A DNA stretch of 64,000 bases. Source: Candidatus Poribacteria bacterium. GTDB taxonomy: Bacteria; Poribacteria; WGA-4E; PCPOR2b. Below the pieces are notes generated by a model. The model made no database searches and was not told the origin of the DNA. It worked only from the letters and a program-made list of their open reading frames with translations. A program made the translations under genes and the position numbers. Positions 50,991-63,063 of the stretch are shown in pieces. The stretch lies in the NCBI GenBank assembly GCA_965198175.1, contig OZ240245.1:160001-224000 (forward strand), written 5' to 3'. Positions within the stretch are counted from its first letter, which is position 1. Every line of letters begins with the position of its first letter.

Positions 50991-51149
50991 CCTTTTTCTC
51001 ACTGTGAACGAAACACGAATCGTGAACAGCAAGTCCCAGGCAGTCGTCTAAACTGCTTCTTGAAATCGTGAACTTTGAGTTGCGATTTTCTCACGCCTCA
51101 CATCAATGATGTTTTTTGACGTTTGACCCGCTCCACTCGGTTCAATTGA

Positions 51150-53075
<1,926 letters not shown>

Positions 53076-53220
53076 CTATTCCTCCTGTCAGTAGGGAAAC
53101 AATACCGATCAAAAAAAAACCGTCTTCCAGCATAAGGAAAACGGTGTCCTAAACAGAAAGGATCCCATCGCATAAGAACGAGGATTTCCGATCTGAATCA
53201 ATATTTGTGGGTTAACTCGT

Positions 53221-53312
53221 GTTTTCCTACGCTGGTATTACCCAGGTCAGGTTCAAAGGGTTTGTTCTCAGCTCTCGCCGACCCTTATAATTTAGAGAGA
53301 GCACCCCTAACA
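53221..53312 (-). ncRNA. TPP riboswitch
   Basis: Reverse complement GGGGTGC...GCTGAGA...ACCCTTTGAACCTGACCTGGGTAATACCAGCGTAGGAA, upstream of thiC. Confidence 0.95.
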
Positions 53313-53328
53313 ACCTATACTGCATGCT

Positions 53329-53357
53329 ATAGTACATCATTTGCAGAAAAAAGTCAA
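53329..53357 (-). promoter_or_regulatory. Predicted sigma70 promoter of the thi operon (TTGACT-N17-TACTAT)
   Basis: Immediately upstream of the riboswitch. Confidence 0.65.
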
Positions 53358-53407
53358 GGAAAAGATAATTCAATCGCCTGCCGCCGTAGAGACCGAAGAA
53401 AAGCACA

Positions 53408-54176
53408 TCACGGCTTCATCGGCAAGATGGTGTTTCGAAGCCCGCCCATCAACGCTTTGATTTCGCGCTCACCTAGCGCAACGTCCAATACGGCGAACTC
53501 GTCAATAATACCCCCGAATGTACCGCCCGTCAAGGATTTGTGCCGACCTCCGATGTGCAAATCCGCAGTACGGGGAAAATAGTGACACACACTCTGCCTC
53601 GACGCTACTTCTGACCCATTTCTGTAGATTTTCATGGAATTTTGGCTCGCGCTGCATACAAAGCCCCAGTGTTCCCACCTGCCCAGAGTATCCAAGGGAC
53701 GTTCCAACCTAATCTGTTTTCCACCAAATTGCCAGTGAATAGCGTTAGGTATGGGCTTATTCCACGGGAAGTGCACGGTGAAGCGATCATCTATGTCGGG
53801 TCTCCAATGACCACTTCGGTTAATTGGAACCAAACTGAAAAGGTCGTGATTTTTGACCTCTTCAAGTTTGACCCATGCCACGACGGTCACTTCGCTACTG
53901 GGAACAGACTTCCCAAAATCAGGGACGACGACTGCATCGCCATCTCCACCAAATTGTAGCGCTGTACCAAACTTGCCGGGGACTCGCTTGGGGTGCTCCA
54001 TCAGGTTCCCATCGTGTCCATTGCCAGACGAATCAGTGGCGATATGGTCGTGGTCATCGTCAAAAAGCCACATGGCGACAATCTTCTCTGGACTGATTAT
54101 AGGGGACTGCTTTGCGCATCCGATTGTAAAGATATAGAAACGCAATATATAAAACACACACTCTATTTAGCTTCAT
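53408..54176 (-). pseudogene. LamG-domain lipoprotein with an apparent frameshift in its signal peptide
   Basis: DSSGNGHDG, GKFGTAL, WEHW, GIIDEFAV; the ATG with an AAGGAG SD (54176) is out of frame with the TIGC lipobox. Confidence 0.65.
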
Positions 54177-54343
54177 TTTGGACATCTCCTTTCGTATGGT
54201 GCCGCATGGTCAATGGCGCGGTCCATAACATAGAATTTAAGATTACGCACATCAAACGCTGTGCACTTGGATTTTGCAACTTTAAACACCTTCGAATCCG
54301 TGGCACCGTAGCAATCCCACAGCAAGTTTTTGTAGGTTGGGCA

Positions 54344-54435
54344 GATCAACTGCGAATAGATCAAGCGAACGAATAGTGAGTGCGATAGTTTTTCCGAAAC
54401 CCAACGATCAAGCGAGCGAATAGCGAGTGCGATAG
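54344..54435 (+). mobile_element. Three mini-element copies within and beside a GTAGGTTGGG...GAAACCCAAC REP
   Basis: Partial 54344-54358; full 54359-54388; full 54406-54435. Confidence 0.82.
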
Positions 54436-54840
54436 AGTCCTCATTGCTGCAAAAATAACGACGATTCCGAACCTCCTATCACTCGCCCGCCTTAAGTATG
54501 ATTAACAAAAACATCTCTTTACTTGACGCTTGATAAATCAACTTATCTACTATCAACGCCTCGGAAGGCACATCCGAGACACACGAGGCTTTGTAACAGT
54601 CGATTGACGAAGTTGAATTGTCGCGCGGGCTGGCAGGGCTGCTGGGTCGTATTATGGATAATAAAAAGATCGGGTTTGCTAACTAGCAATAGGGTTGGCT
54701 TCGTTGCCGAATATGATGCGTTCGCTGGGTTCGTCGAATTGCAAGGCGACTCAATACCGATACTCATAATGGCAAGCGTTGCTCACAATTAAGGACGAAC
54801 AAGATAAGTGGGGGTTAGGAGGTTAAGATTCGTTGAGGCA

Positions 54841-55062
54841 TCAGGCGCGTTTGAAATCTGTCCAATTTATACCTAATTGACGAATACATGCGCGAATTGT
54901 TCCAATTGGCATATCGTTAGTTCCGTGATCAGGAATAACAGTCGCGCTTTCAGTAATGGGGTTGAACCATTTTCGATGAGAGCCTCGTGTTCTGTGTTTC
55001 GTTTCTTGACAACCGAGTTTTTTAAGTTTACGCGACATTTCTCGATATGTCATAGTGCTCAC
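54841..55062 (-). CDS. hicA: HicA family toxin
   Basis: LKKLG...RGSHRKW...VIPDHG...GTIRACIRQLG. Confidence 0.9.
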   Translation of the reverse strand: MSTMTYREMSRKLKKLGCQETKHRTRGSHRKWFNPITESATVIPDHGTNDMPIGTIRACIRQLGINWTDFKRA

Positions 55063-55378
55063 GATTTAGAGTTGCTTGAAAGACGTAAGGCACGGGCGAG
55101 TCATCAGCCCCTTGTAATTTTGGGGTCATTGTCTGAAACGGGTGAAGTGCTGGTTCTTGTTTTGACTCATGAATAATGTTGTCAGGCAATGTACGTCCCA
55201 AATCTTCATATAGTTCAAATGTTGCGATGAATGCGTCTTTGACATTATTTAGCGCCTCATCTACCGAATGCCCGTCCGTTATCAATTCAGGCAATTCCTC
55301 ACATGTTACGGTATAACCGCCTTCCGGCTCCGGGTTCAACCTCACAGTAATGCAATATACTGTGGTTGGGACGTTCAC
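55028..55378 (-). CDS. hicB: HicB family antitoxin
   Basis: AAGGAG SD before GTG 55378; EGGYTVTCEELPELITDG.SVDEAL.NVKDA. Confidence 0.88.
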   Translation of the reverse strand: MNVPTTVYCITVRLNPEPEGGYTVTCEELPELITDGHSVDEALNNVKDAFIATFELYEDLGRTLPDNIIHESKQEPALHPFQTMTPKLQGADDSPVPYVFQATLNREHYDISRNVA

Positions 55379-55633
55379 TGTCAAATCTCCTTTTTGGGTA
55401 GGTTTCGGTATATAAATATGATCTGTTACAATGCCAAAGGCGTACAAATTTGCGTCGCCTTTCGGTGGGGATTATACCATTGGGATCGAGACATTGTCAA
55501 GAGATACGCACGATGCAATATCAAGATTTTGTAGGTTGGGTTAAGCGTGTATTTCCAACCCCGTTACTGCACCCGTACCTCGTCCCAATTTCTTTACGAT
55601 GTCCTAAAAAAAATTCGCAGAGCGTAACCCAAC

Positions 55634-55663
55634 GATCAACTGAGCGTATAGCGAAGGCGATAG
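55634..55663 (+). mobile_element. 30-nt mini-element, full copy, at the end of a REP-like element (55531-55633)
   Basis: GATCAACTGAGCGTATAGCGAAGGCGATAG, directly after GTAACCCAAC. Confidence 0.8.
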
Positions 55664-56166
55664 TTTTCTCCGAAATTTCCAAATTCGTCCCGCCCGGATT
55701 TTTTGGGAATTTCGATGGGAATTGAACGGTGGACAGTCAGATTGGGATCTGTTAATCTAAATGTATCGCATTCGTTGAGGAGTGTCACGGTCGTCAACCC
55801 CGGCGACCGCCCTCAACCAAATACATGATTAGATAAAATAATTAACTCAATGTTCGTTTTCGGATTTCTGAGGAGTGTTCCCGATGACGCTTAGGAAACC
55901 GAACATAAGGAATAAAAAGTGTTCCAAATCCTTCGACTGCTGAGGTCACTACGGTACGCAAAGAACGCTTGGTGCACTGAGGTTCCGTGCTGCCTCTCGC
56001 TTGCACATAGGGGCGGTACGGCATTAACCATGTTGAATCCTATTACGAGGGGCACTTAAAGAGGAATCTCAATATGTCCGAACACGAGGCAAAACAACTT
56101 GAAAAAAAGAACTGCCCTACCTGTGTGTATGTTTACTGATGGAATCACAATAGAAAAAGGCACAAA

Positions 56167-56583
56167 ATGATGAAGAATGCAAAAGCACTGGCGATGCTCC
56201 CATACGTTTTGATTGCAGGTTGTGCAGCCTCTACGTCGTCACCTACTTTGAATGAGGTGATGGACTCATGGATGGGCCATCATGTTTCAGAAGTTATACG
56301 GGCATGGGGACCGGCTGATCGGCTCGCTGAAGATGGTGCAGGTGGGAAGATTTACATCTGGATAACGCCAGGAATTTCACCTTCACCACCACGACGGGTG
56401 TGGGTTACAGAATGGAACCCTGTGCTAGGGCAGTGGGAAGGGCGATGGAAAGAAGAGTCCACCGGAATATCAGGTGCTATTCGAAAAAGCCTTGAGCGTG
56501 AGCTCGCTCGTTCACGCCGAAAGGAATTTTTTGTGCGTCCAGACGGTATAATTTATTGGTATCGCACTGGATACGAAGAATGA
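56167..56583 (+). CDS. Lipoprotein, hypothetical
   Basis: IAGC lipobox; SWMG...VIRAWGP motif. Confidence 0.7.
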   Translation: MMKNAKALAMLPYVLIAGCAASTSSPTLNEVMDSWMGHHVSEVIRAWGPADRLAEDGAGGKIYIWITPGISPSPPRRVWVTEWNPVLGQWEGRWKEESTGISGAIRKSLERELARSRRKEFFVRPDGIIYWYRTGYEE

Positions 56584-56918
56584 CACCTCACCATGCGAGC
56601 ATAGGATATTTGCTGATTCGACAAAACACAAAAATCGCGGTGCGTCGCAATTTGCCGAATATTTAGGCAAGGTGAGGAATTACTCCAGCCACAGCATAAA
56701 ACTACAGGGGACACAGGTTGGAACCAGTTTTGCGGGTCGGTTACGCTCTCTGCCACGACGAAAAGCGGACCGAAGGTTTGTACAGTAATGTAGGTGGATC
56801 TGCACCTCGGTGCCAGTGTCGATTAGCGCCGACCGCATTCAACAGTCGTATCGGCTGAGATGTTCTATTCGAAATAAGGAGGTATACTATGAGCGAAGTT
56901 ATGCAAATTGAAGTTTTT

Positions 56919-57011
56919 GTAGGTTGGGTTGAGCCAACGGCGAAACCCAACGCTTTATGATTCACATGTGGATTGGATGTTGGATTTCACTATCGCACAA
57001 CCCAACCTTAC
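56919..57011. repeat. Inverted pair of REP-like palindromes (uninterrupted reference copy)
   Basis: GTAGGTTGGGTTGAGC...GCGAAACCCAAC and GTTGGATTTCAC...CAACCCAACCTTAC. Confidence 0.75.
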
Positions 57012-57180
57012 TACTCCCATGTCTGCTGAATGATGGTTCAATGTCTCATCTGTGCGCACGCTAGCACAATTACCACCGCAGACCGTAAGAAACTATATAC
57101 ATGTTAAGTATGCAGGGATAAACCTACCCTACAGCAACGCTTTCAGATTCCATACCCTCCAATCCATCGGTTCTATCGTT

Positions 57181-58134
57181 TCAGTCTGCGTTTTCCCCTT
57201 CACTGTCCGTCGGCGCAGGCAGGGCGTTCGCTCCATTGCCATCCGTCTTCTGCTCAGGCGCTTTAAGTGCAAGTGCCAACTTCTGCAGAACCCCAACAAG
57301 CTCCGCACTATCACCGCCAATAGCGTTCTGGTCGGGTGCTCTCAGCGCAAGCGTCAGCCGTTCCAATACCGCAACAAGCTGAGGAGGAGACAGGTTCTCA
57401 GCAACCGGTACTTCCACCGCCGATAGCTCTCGCAGGTTCTTAAAAGTTTGCGTCAACGAATTCGTGAGCAGTTGATATCCTTTCACGTCAAGCGATTTCT
57501 TCTCCAATATTCGGTTGGTTCGCTCCGCATGTTTGGCTAAAAGCGCCATCTGCTCCTCTTTAGAGGTTAACGGAATGTCGCTCACTGTCTGCTTATACGC
57601 CTCCCGAGCTTCGCGCCACAGCGCGCCGTACTTCTTTTCAGGCCACCGCGCCGAACCCGGCTTCAGATACGCTACCCGCGGAATCAGAGCATCACGTAGT
57701 CCCTGAGTCCCCATCGCGTCCTTATGCGCCAATCGATTCATAGTCTCGTCTGACCACATCAACTCTGTGACTGCATCAGATGTGGAAATGCCTTGCGCAT
57801 GTGCACGGACAAAATACTCGCGGTGCGTATCTGTAATGAAAGACGAAATGTACCAACCCAACTCTTCCCTTACTATATCTCTTATTTTATCCAGATAATA
57901 CGAATCCAACTCGCTAATATCGCCAAAATCGTCGTCTTCGTCCTCACCATATATATCCACAATTATCTCCAGCGCATAACGCTGAATTCGTTCAACAACT
58001 GCATTAGCAAGCTCATGACCGCTGCCCGTATTAAACAACTCTTTTACATCTGACCTGAGCTCGGAAAGTCCTTTCTTCTCGGCATCCCCAAGAAGTGCCG
58101 CCTTAAGTGTAGTCTTCGGCTTTTCTGTCGCCAT
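57181..58134 (-). CDS. Hypothetical helical protein with a DUF2280-like segment
   Basis: GAGG SD; KKYGALWREAREAY...SDIPLTSK pattern. Confidence 0.6.
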   Translation of the reverse strand: MATEKPKTTLKAALLGDAEKKGLSELRSDVKELFNTGSGHELANAVVERIQRYALEIIVDIYGEDEDDDFGDISELDSYYLDKIRDIVREELGWYISSFITDTHREYFVRAHAQGISTSDAVTELMWSDETMNRLAHKDAMGTQGLRDALIPRVAYLKPGSARWPEKKYGALWREAREAYKQTVSDIPLTSKEEQMALLAKHAERTNRILEKKSLDVKGYQLLTNSLTQTFKNLRELSAVEVPVAENLSPPQLVAVLERLTLALRAPDQNAIGGDSAELVGVLQKLALALKAPEQKTDGNGANALPAPTDSEGENAD

Positions 58135-58387
58135 TATTGCACCTCGTCTTTTAGGCAAGTTTGATTTTTTCATAGTAAGATTCCGCGTCCCGTCCGATGA
58201 AAACCACGCTAAGATCCGACCACGACTGGATTGTCGTCTGTTTTCTATTTAAATCACAACTGCGCGCAACTATGAAAACTATGAATATTTTGAACAACTG
58301 TGAAGTTGCAATATCCCTATTGTTAAAATTTGCCATTGCCTGACCTGTTTTGCAACCCTTTTTGCAATTGCTTTTAGGTTAGGTTGA

Positions 58388-58493
58388 GATCAACCGACCG
58401 AATAGTGAGGGATCAACTGAGCGGATAGATCAAGTGACCGAATAGGAAACGCGATAGAGATGTTAGGCGATAGTCTTCTGGTGACTGCGGTAG
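58388..58493 (+). mobile_element. Triple-nested mini-element cluster
   Basis: Starts at 58388, 58411 and 58428; ends at 58457 (GCGATAG), 58473 (AGGCGATAG) and 58493 (GCGGTAG). Confidence 0.82.
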
Positions 58494-58615
58494 TTTTTTC
58501 CGACAGCACCGCTTCACCTACCGTGAATTTCCCCTTTTTTTATAGACTGTAAAAACTGTAATTTTTTAGTCCCAACTTTGTCATTCACCACATCAAGTTT
58601 GGAGGAAGAAAAACA

Positions 58616-58644
58616 TTGACAATCCAATCGACTCTAGTTAAAGT
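58616..58644 (+). promoter_or_regulatory. Predicted sigma70 promoter of guaA (TTGACA-N17-TAAAGT)
   Basis: Consensus -35 with 17-nt spacer. Confidence 0.55.
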
Positions 58645-58691
58645 ATATCTAGTGTTGTTTCGATAATACCCTTGCCTAAGGATGAGGAGCA

Positions 58692-60230
58692 ATGAACCGC
58701 GACACCATTGTCGTTTTAGATTTTGGCTCACAGTATACGCAGTTAATTGCGAGGCGCATTCGAGAACAGAACGTGTATTGTGAAATTCATCCATACCACA
58801 TTTCCGTTGATCGTTTAGTTTCGATGCGACCTAAGGGAATTGTTTTGTCCGGTGGGCCCTCAAGCGTTTACGCGCCAGATGCTCCTCTTCCCGATACCAG
58901 AATTTTTGCGCTTGGTGTTCCGATTCTAGGCATCTGTTACGGCATGCAGGTCGTCGCACATTTGTTAAATGGAGGCAAGGTACACCCAGCCGTTGAACGT
59001 GAATACGGTTCGGCAGAGCTGACTGTTGATTTGCCGATTCCGCTGTTTGCCAATCTGCGAGGTCAGTTGAAGGTGTGGATGAGCCATGGCGATCGAATCG
59101 AGGTTCCGCCGCAAGGATTCCATCGAATCGCGCACACGAGCAACTCACCAATTGCGGCGATGGGCGATATAGATCGGGATATCTATGGTTTGCAGTTCCA
59201 TCCAGAGGTTGTTCATACTATAGATGACAACCAGATCCTTTCGAACTTTGTCCTTGAGATTTGTGGGTGCAGCAAGGGATGGACGATGAAATCCTTTGTC
59301 GTCGAGGCAACAGAGAAAATCCGAAGGCAGATTGAAGGAAATCGCGTTTTATGCGCTGTGAGCGGCGGTGTTGATTCAACCGTCCTTGCAGTGTTGCTTC
59401 AGCGTGCCATCGGCGAGGCGCTTGTTTGCGTTTTCGTGAACAATGGCTTGTTGCGAAATAATGAAGCGGAAAGCGTGCTTGCAGATTTTCGGAAGCTTGG
59501 AATTGAGGTGCATTATATTGATGCGACAGATCGATTCCTGAGTTGCCTTGCGAACGTTGATAGTCCCGAAGAGAAGCGCAAGCGAATCGGGTATCAGTTT
59601 ATCGAAGTTTTTAGGGACGAGTTGGGAACGCTAGGGCAGATCGACTTCCTTGCGCAGGGCACCCTCTACCCTGATGTCATCGAAAGTGTGTCCGTCAAAG
59701 GACCTTCTGCGACAATCAAGACCCATCATAATGTTGGTGGATTGCCCAAAGATTTACCCTTCAAACTCATCGAACCTTTCCGAGAGTTATTCAAAGACGA
59801 AGTGCGAGCAGTAGGACTTGAGTTAGACATCCCGAAATCAATCCTTGGACGACACCCATTTCCGGGCCCCGGTCTAGCTGTCCGGGTGATTGGCACTGTT
59901 ACTCAGAAGCGGCTAGATATTCTGCGTGAAGCAGATGAAATCTTCATTTCGGAGATTAAGAAAGCTGGGTTGTATGATGAGATTTGGCAAGCGTTGACGG
60001 TGCTTCTGCCAGTCAAGAGCGTCGGTGTGATGGGTGATGAGCGAACCTACGAAAACGTGCTAGCACTCCGCGCTGTTACGAGCACCGATGCCATGACCGC
60101 GGATTGGGCGCGAATTCCTGACGAAGTATTGGCTGTAATCTCCAATCGCATCATCAACGAGGTGCAGGGCATTAACCGCGTTGTTTACGATATTAGCTCA
60201 AAACCACCGAGCACAATTGAGTGGGAGTGA
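58692..60230 (+). CDS. guaA: GMP synthase (glutamine-hydrolysing)
   Basis: [37 protein letters not shown]. Confidence 0.99.
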   Translation: MNRDTIVVLDFGSQYTQLIARRIREQNVYCEIHPYHISVDRLVSMRPKGIVLSGGPSSVYAPDAPLPDTRIFALGVPILGICYGMQVVAHLLNGGKVHPAVEREYGSAELTVDLPIPLFANLRGQLKVWMSHGDRIEVPPQGFHRIAHTSNSPIAAMGDIDRDIYGLQFHPEVVHTIDDNQILSNFVLEICGCSKGWTMKSFVVEATEKIRRQIEGNRVLCAVSGGVDSTVLAVLLQRAIGEALVCVFVNNGLLRNNEAESVLADFRKLGIEVHYIDATDRFLSCLANVDSPEEKRKRIGYQFIEVFRDELGTLGQIDFLAQGTLYPDVIESVSVKGPSATIKTHHNVGGLPKDLPFKLIEPFRELFKDEVRAVGLELDIPKSILGRHPFPGPGLAVRVIGTVTQKRLDILREADEIFISEIKKAGLYDEIWQALTVLLPVKSVGVMGDERTYENVLALRAVTSTDAMTADWARIPDEVLAVISNRIINEVQGINRVVYDISSKPPSTIEWE

Positions 60231-60337
60231 TCAACCGATCAAGCGACTGGATAAAGAGCGATCAACCGAGTGAATAACGAGGGCGATAGTCTTCACCGGC
60301 ATTAAAACTATTGCGTTCCCTATTCGCTCACTTGAAC
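60229..60337. mobile_element. Cluster of four mini-element copies
   Basis: Partials 60229-60236 and 60237-60259; full 60260-60289; inverted full 60308-60337. Confidence 0.82.
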
Positions 60338-60398
60338 TGTTTGCCTTGTTTTGCAACCCATTCTTTCTGGAATGCCTGTAACGGCGAATGAAATCTTA

Positions 60399-62555
60399 AT
60401 GACAGATCTTCTTGAGTCTTTGAATCCAGTTCAACGTAAAGCAGTGCAACATACCGAAGGTCCCTTGCTGCTCTTCTCAGGCGCAGGCAGCGGCAAAACC
60501 CGTGTGATTACCCACCGAATAGCCTACCTCATCCGCCAACACAATATTTCGCCGTTTAATATCCTTGCGGTAACCTTCACCAACAAAGCTGCCGCGGAGA
60601 TGAAAGGGCGTCTTGAGAAACTAATTGGTGCGGACAGTCAACTCCTGTGGGCATCGACTTTCCATTCGACCTGTGCACGGATTCTGCGCAAGGACATTGA
60701 GCGGCTCGGCTATTCCCGCTCTTTCACGATTTACGATACCCTAGATCAGCTTACGCTTATTAAGGAAATTCTCAAGCAACTCCAACTGCGGGAGAGCGAT
60801 GTTCATCCAAAGGCTGTCCTCAGTACCATCAGTAAAGCCAAGAACGAACTCGCTACCCCTGAAATGTACGCGAAGACAGTCAGCGATTTCTTTGAGGAGC
60901 GAGTCGAACAGATTTATCGGATGTACCAGGACCGCCTTCGGGAGAATAACGCCGTCGATTTTGACGATCTCATCATGCTGACGGTCGAGTTGTTTGAATC
61001 TCGGTCTGATGTCCTGGGGTTCTATCAGAGCAAATTTCGATATATCCTTATTGATGAGTATCAGGACACAAACCACAGCCAGTATCGACTGATACATGCG
61101 TTGGCGAAAAAGCATCGTAACATCTGCGCCGTAGGCGACGACGATCAGTCAATATACTCGTGGAGAGGCGCCGACATCAACAACATCCTCGATTTTGAGA
61201 GAGACTATCCGAACACGACTGTCCTCCGCTTAGAGCAAAACTATCGCTCCACCCAAAATATCCTCGAAGCAGCTTATGAAGTTGTACGGAACAATCGGAG
61301 GCGAACGGAGAAAAAACTGTGGACTCAGAACAAGATGGGAGAGGGCATCCGCTGCTTTGAAGCTCTGGACGAGACCGAGGAGGCTGACGTAGTTTTGCGC
61401 GAGATTGAGCGTTGGCGAGAGAAAGGGGTGAAATACGGAGAATGTGTAATTTTCTATCGAATCAATGCGCAGTCCCGCACGTTTGAGGACGCTCTCAGAA
61501 AAGCCAATATCCCGTATCAGATTGTGGGAAGCGTCCGATTCTATGAGCGGATGGAAATTAAAAACATAATGGCATACCTGCGAGTTATTGCCAACCCGGC
61601 AGACGCAATCAGTCTTAAGCGCATCATCAATGTCCCGCGCAGGGGGATTGGTGAAACAACGCTACAACGACTGGAGATTTTCGCTCGCGCTGCGGACATC
61701 TCCCTGTTCAAAGCTATCAAGCGAGTCGGCGAAGTCGCCACGCTTCGTGAAGCGGAGCGGGACAAAGTCCGCATCTTCGCTCAACTCATCAACTCTTTTG
61801 ACGTAGACGATGCACCAGCACAGACAGTAGAGCAACTTCTCGATCGATCTGGGTACCTTAAATCTCTGATGCAAGAAGGCACAATTGAGGCGCAAAGTCG
61901 AGTCGAGAACGTCCATGAGTTAATCACTGCCGCCGTTGAATATGAAGAGCGTGAGACCGAACCGACGCTAGCCGGTTTTCTGGAGATGATTACGCTAGTC
62001 GCTGACATCGACACTATGGATGACAAAAGCGACGTAGTCACACTCATGACCCTGCATAGCGCAAAAGGGCTGGAATTTCCCATTGTTTTCATGGTCGGGA
62101 TGGAACAAGGGTTATTGCCCCATAAGCGTTCATTTTCCAGCGAAGCCGAACTGGAGGAGGAACGGCGGCTCTGTTACGTTGGGCTTACACGAGCGAAAGA
62201 GCAGGTTTACCTGATTTACGCTCGCGAGCGGCGGCAGTACGGCTACACTGAACATTCGATACCCTCGTGTTTCATTGAAGAGATTCCCCACGAATTGCTA
62301 AATCGTGAAGAAGTCTATAAACCTTCCCACCGTCCGGTCGTATCATCCTATGACCCGGATCAGCCAAACGATGATGTAGACTATTCATTCGATTACGAAG
62401 TTGGAGAGGTTGTGTACCACGCAAAGTTCGGCAGAGGAAAAATTGCCGCCATGAGTGGATATGGGGCTGATATGCGTGTCACTATACGGTTCGCACGTGG
62501 AATTGAGAAAACCCTGATGGCGGGTTACGCGAGGCTGCAAAGAGCAGAGCCATAA
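60399..62555 (+). CDS. pcrA: ATP-dependent DNA helicase PcrA/UvrD
   Basis: GAGSGKT, DEYQDTN, VGDDDQSIY, LEQNYRS, HSAKGLEF, EERRLCYVG. Confidence 0.96.
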   Translation: MTDLLESLNPVQRKAVQHTEGPLLLFSGAGSGKTRVITHRIAYLIRQHNISPFNILAVTFTNKAAAEMKGRLEKLIGADSQLLWASTFHSTCARILRKDIERLGYSRSFTIYDTLDQLTLIKEILKQLQLRESDVHPKAVLSTISKAKNELATPEMYAKTVSDFFEERVEQIYRMYQDRLRENNAVDFDDLIMLTVELFESRSDVLGFYQSKFRYILIDEYQDTNHSQYRLIHALAKKHRNICAVGDDDQSIYSWRGADINNILDFERDYPNTTVLRLEQNYRSTQNILEAAYEVVRNNRRRTEKKLWTQNKMGEGIRCFEALDETEEADVVLREIERWREKGVKYGECVIFYRINAQSRTFEDALRKANIPYQIVGSVRFYERMEIKNIMAYLRVIANPADAISLKRIINVPRRGIGETTLQRLEIFARAADISLFKAIKRVGEVATLREAERDKVRIFAQLINSFDVDDAPAQTVEQLLDRSGYLKSLMQEGTIEAQSRVENVHELITAAVEYEERETEPTLAGFLEMITLVADIDTMDDKSDVVTLMTLHSAKGLEFPIVFMVGMEQGLLPHKRSFSSEAELEEERRLCYVGLTRAKEQVYLIYARERRQYGYTEHSIPSCFIEEIPHELLNREEVYKPSHRPVVSSYDPDQPNDDVDYSFDYEVGEVVYHAKFGRGKIAAMSGYGADMRVTIRFARGIEKTLMAGYARLQRAEP

Positions 62556-62669
62556 TGATAGGAAGTTTATTTAATCCAGAATCGGATAGCGAATCTACGG
62601 CTGAAACTGATGCCCATCGCAATTCTTGGTAGCTTGTAGTTTAGAAAAGCGAGAGGTAGGAGAACCAAG

Positions 62670-62960
62670 ATGGCAACCATCACGACAAACGAAGTGAAAC
62701 ACGTTGCGACCCTTGCACGACTTGAATTTAACGAAGAAGATATACAGCAGTTCGCCCATCAACTCGCCCGGATTCTAGACTATATTGGAAAGTTGAACGA
62801 ATTGGATACGATCGATGTGCCGCCAACTTCGCATGTCCTTCCCATTCGCAACGTCGTCAAAGCAGATGTTGCGAAGTCCTCCTATCCACGAGATGATGTT
62901 TTGGAAGGTGCACCGAGCGCACAGGAGGGATATTTTGAGGTACCGAAGGTGATTGAGTAA
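62670..62960 (+). CDS. gatC: Asp/Glu-tRNA amidotransferase subunit C
   Basis: VKHVATLARL...YFEVPKVIE. Confidence 0.96.
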   Translation: MATITTNEVKHVATLARLEFNEEDIQQFAHQLARILDYIGKLNELDTIDVPPTSHVLPIRNVVKADVAKSSYPRDDVLEGAPSAQEGYFEVPKVIE

Positions 62961-63063
62961 ACTGTGGAAAAGCGGAAAAGCAGTAGATAGTGGTGAACCA
63001 AACCCACTCCTACGCTTCACTAGCTACTGACCACTAACCACTGGGTCTTGGAGTACACGTTTC

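Noticed and set aside
54344..60337. CRISPR array interpretation of the 30-nt repeats
   Set aside because: No regular repeat-spacer period; copies are nested, dispersed and on both strands; no cas genes in the window
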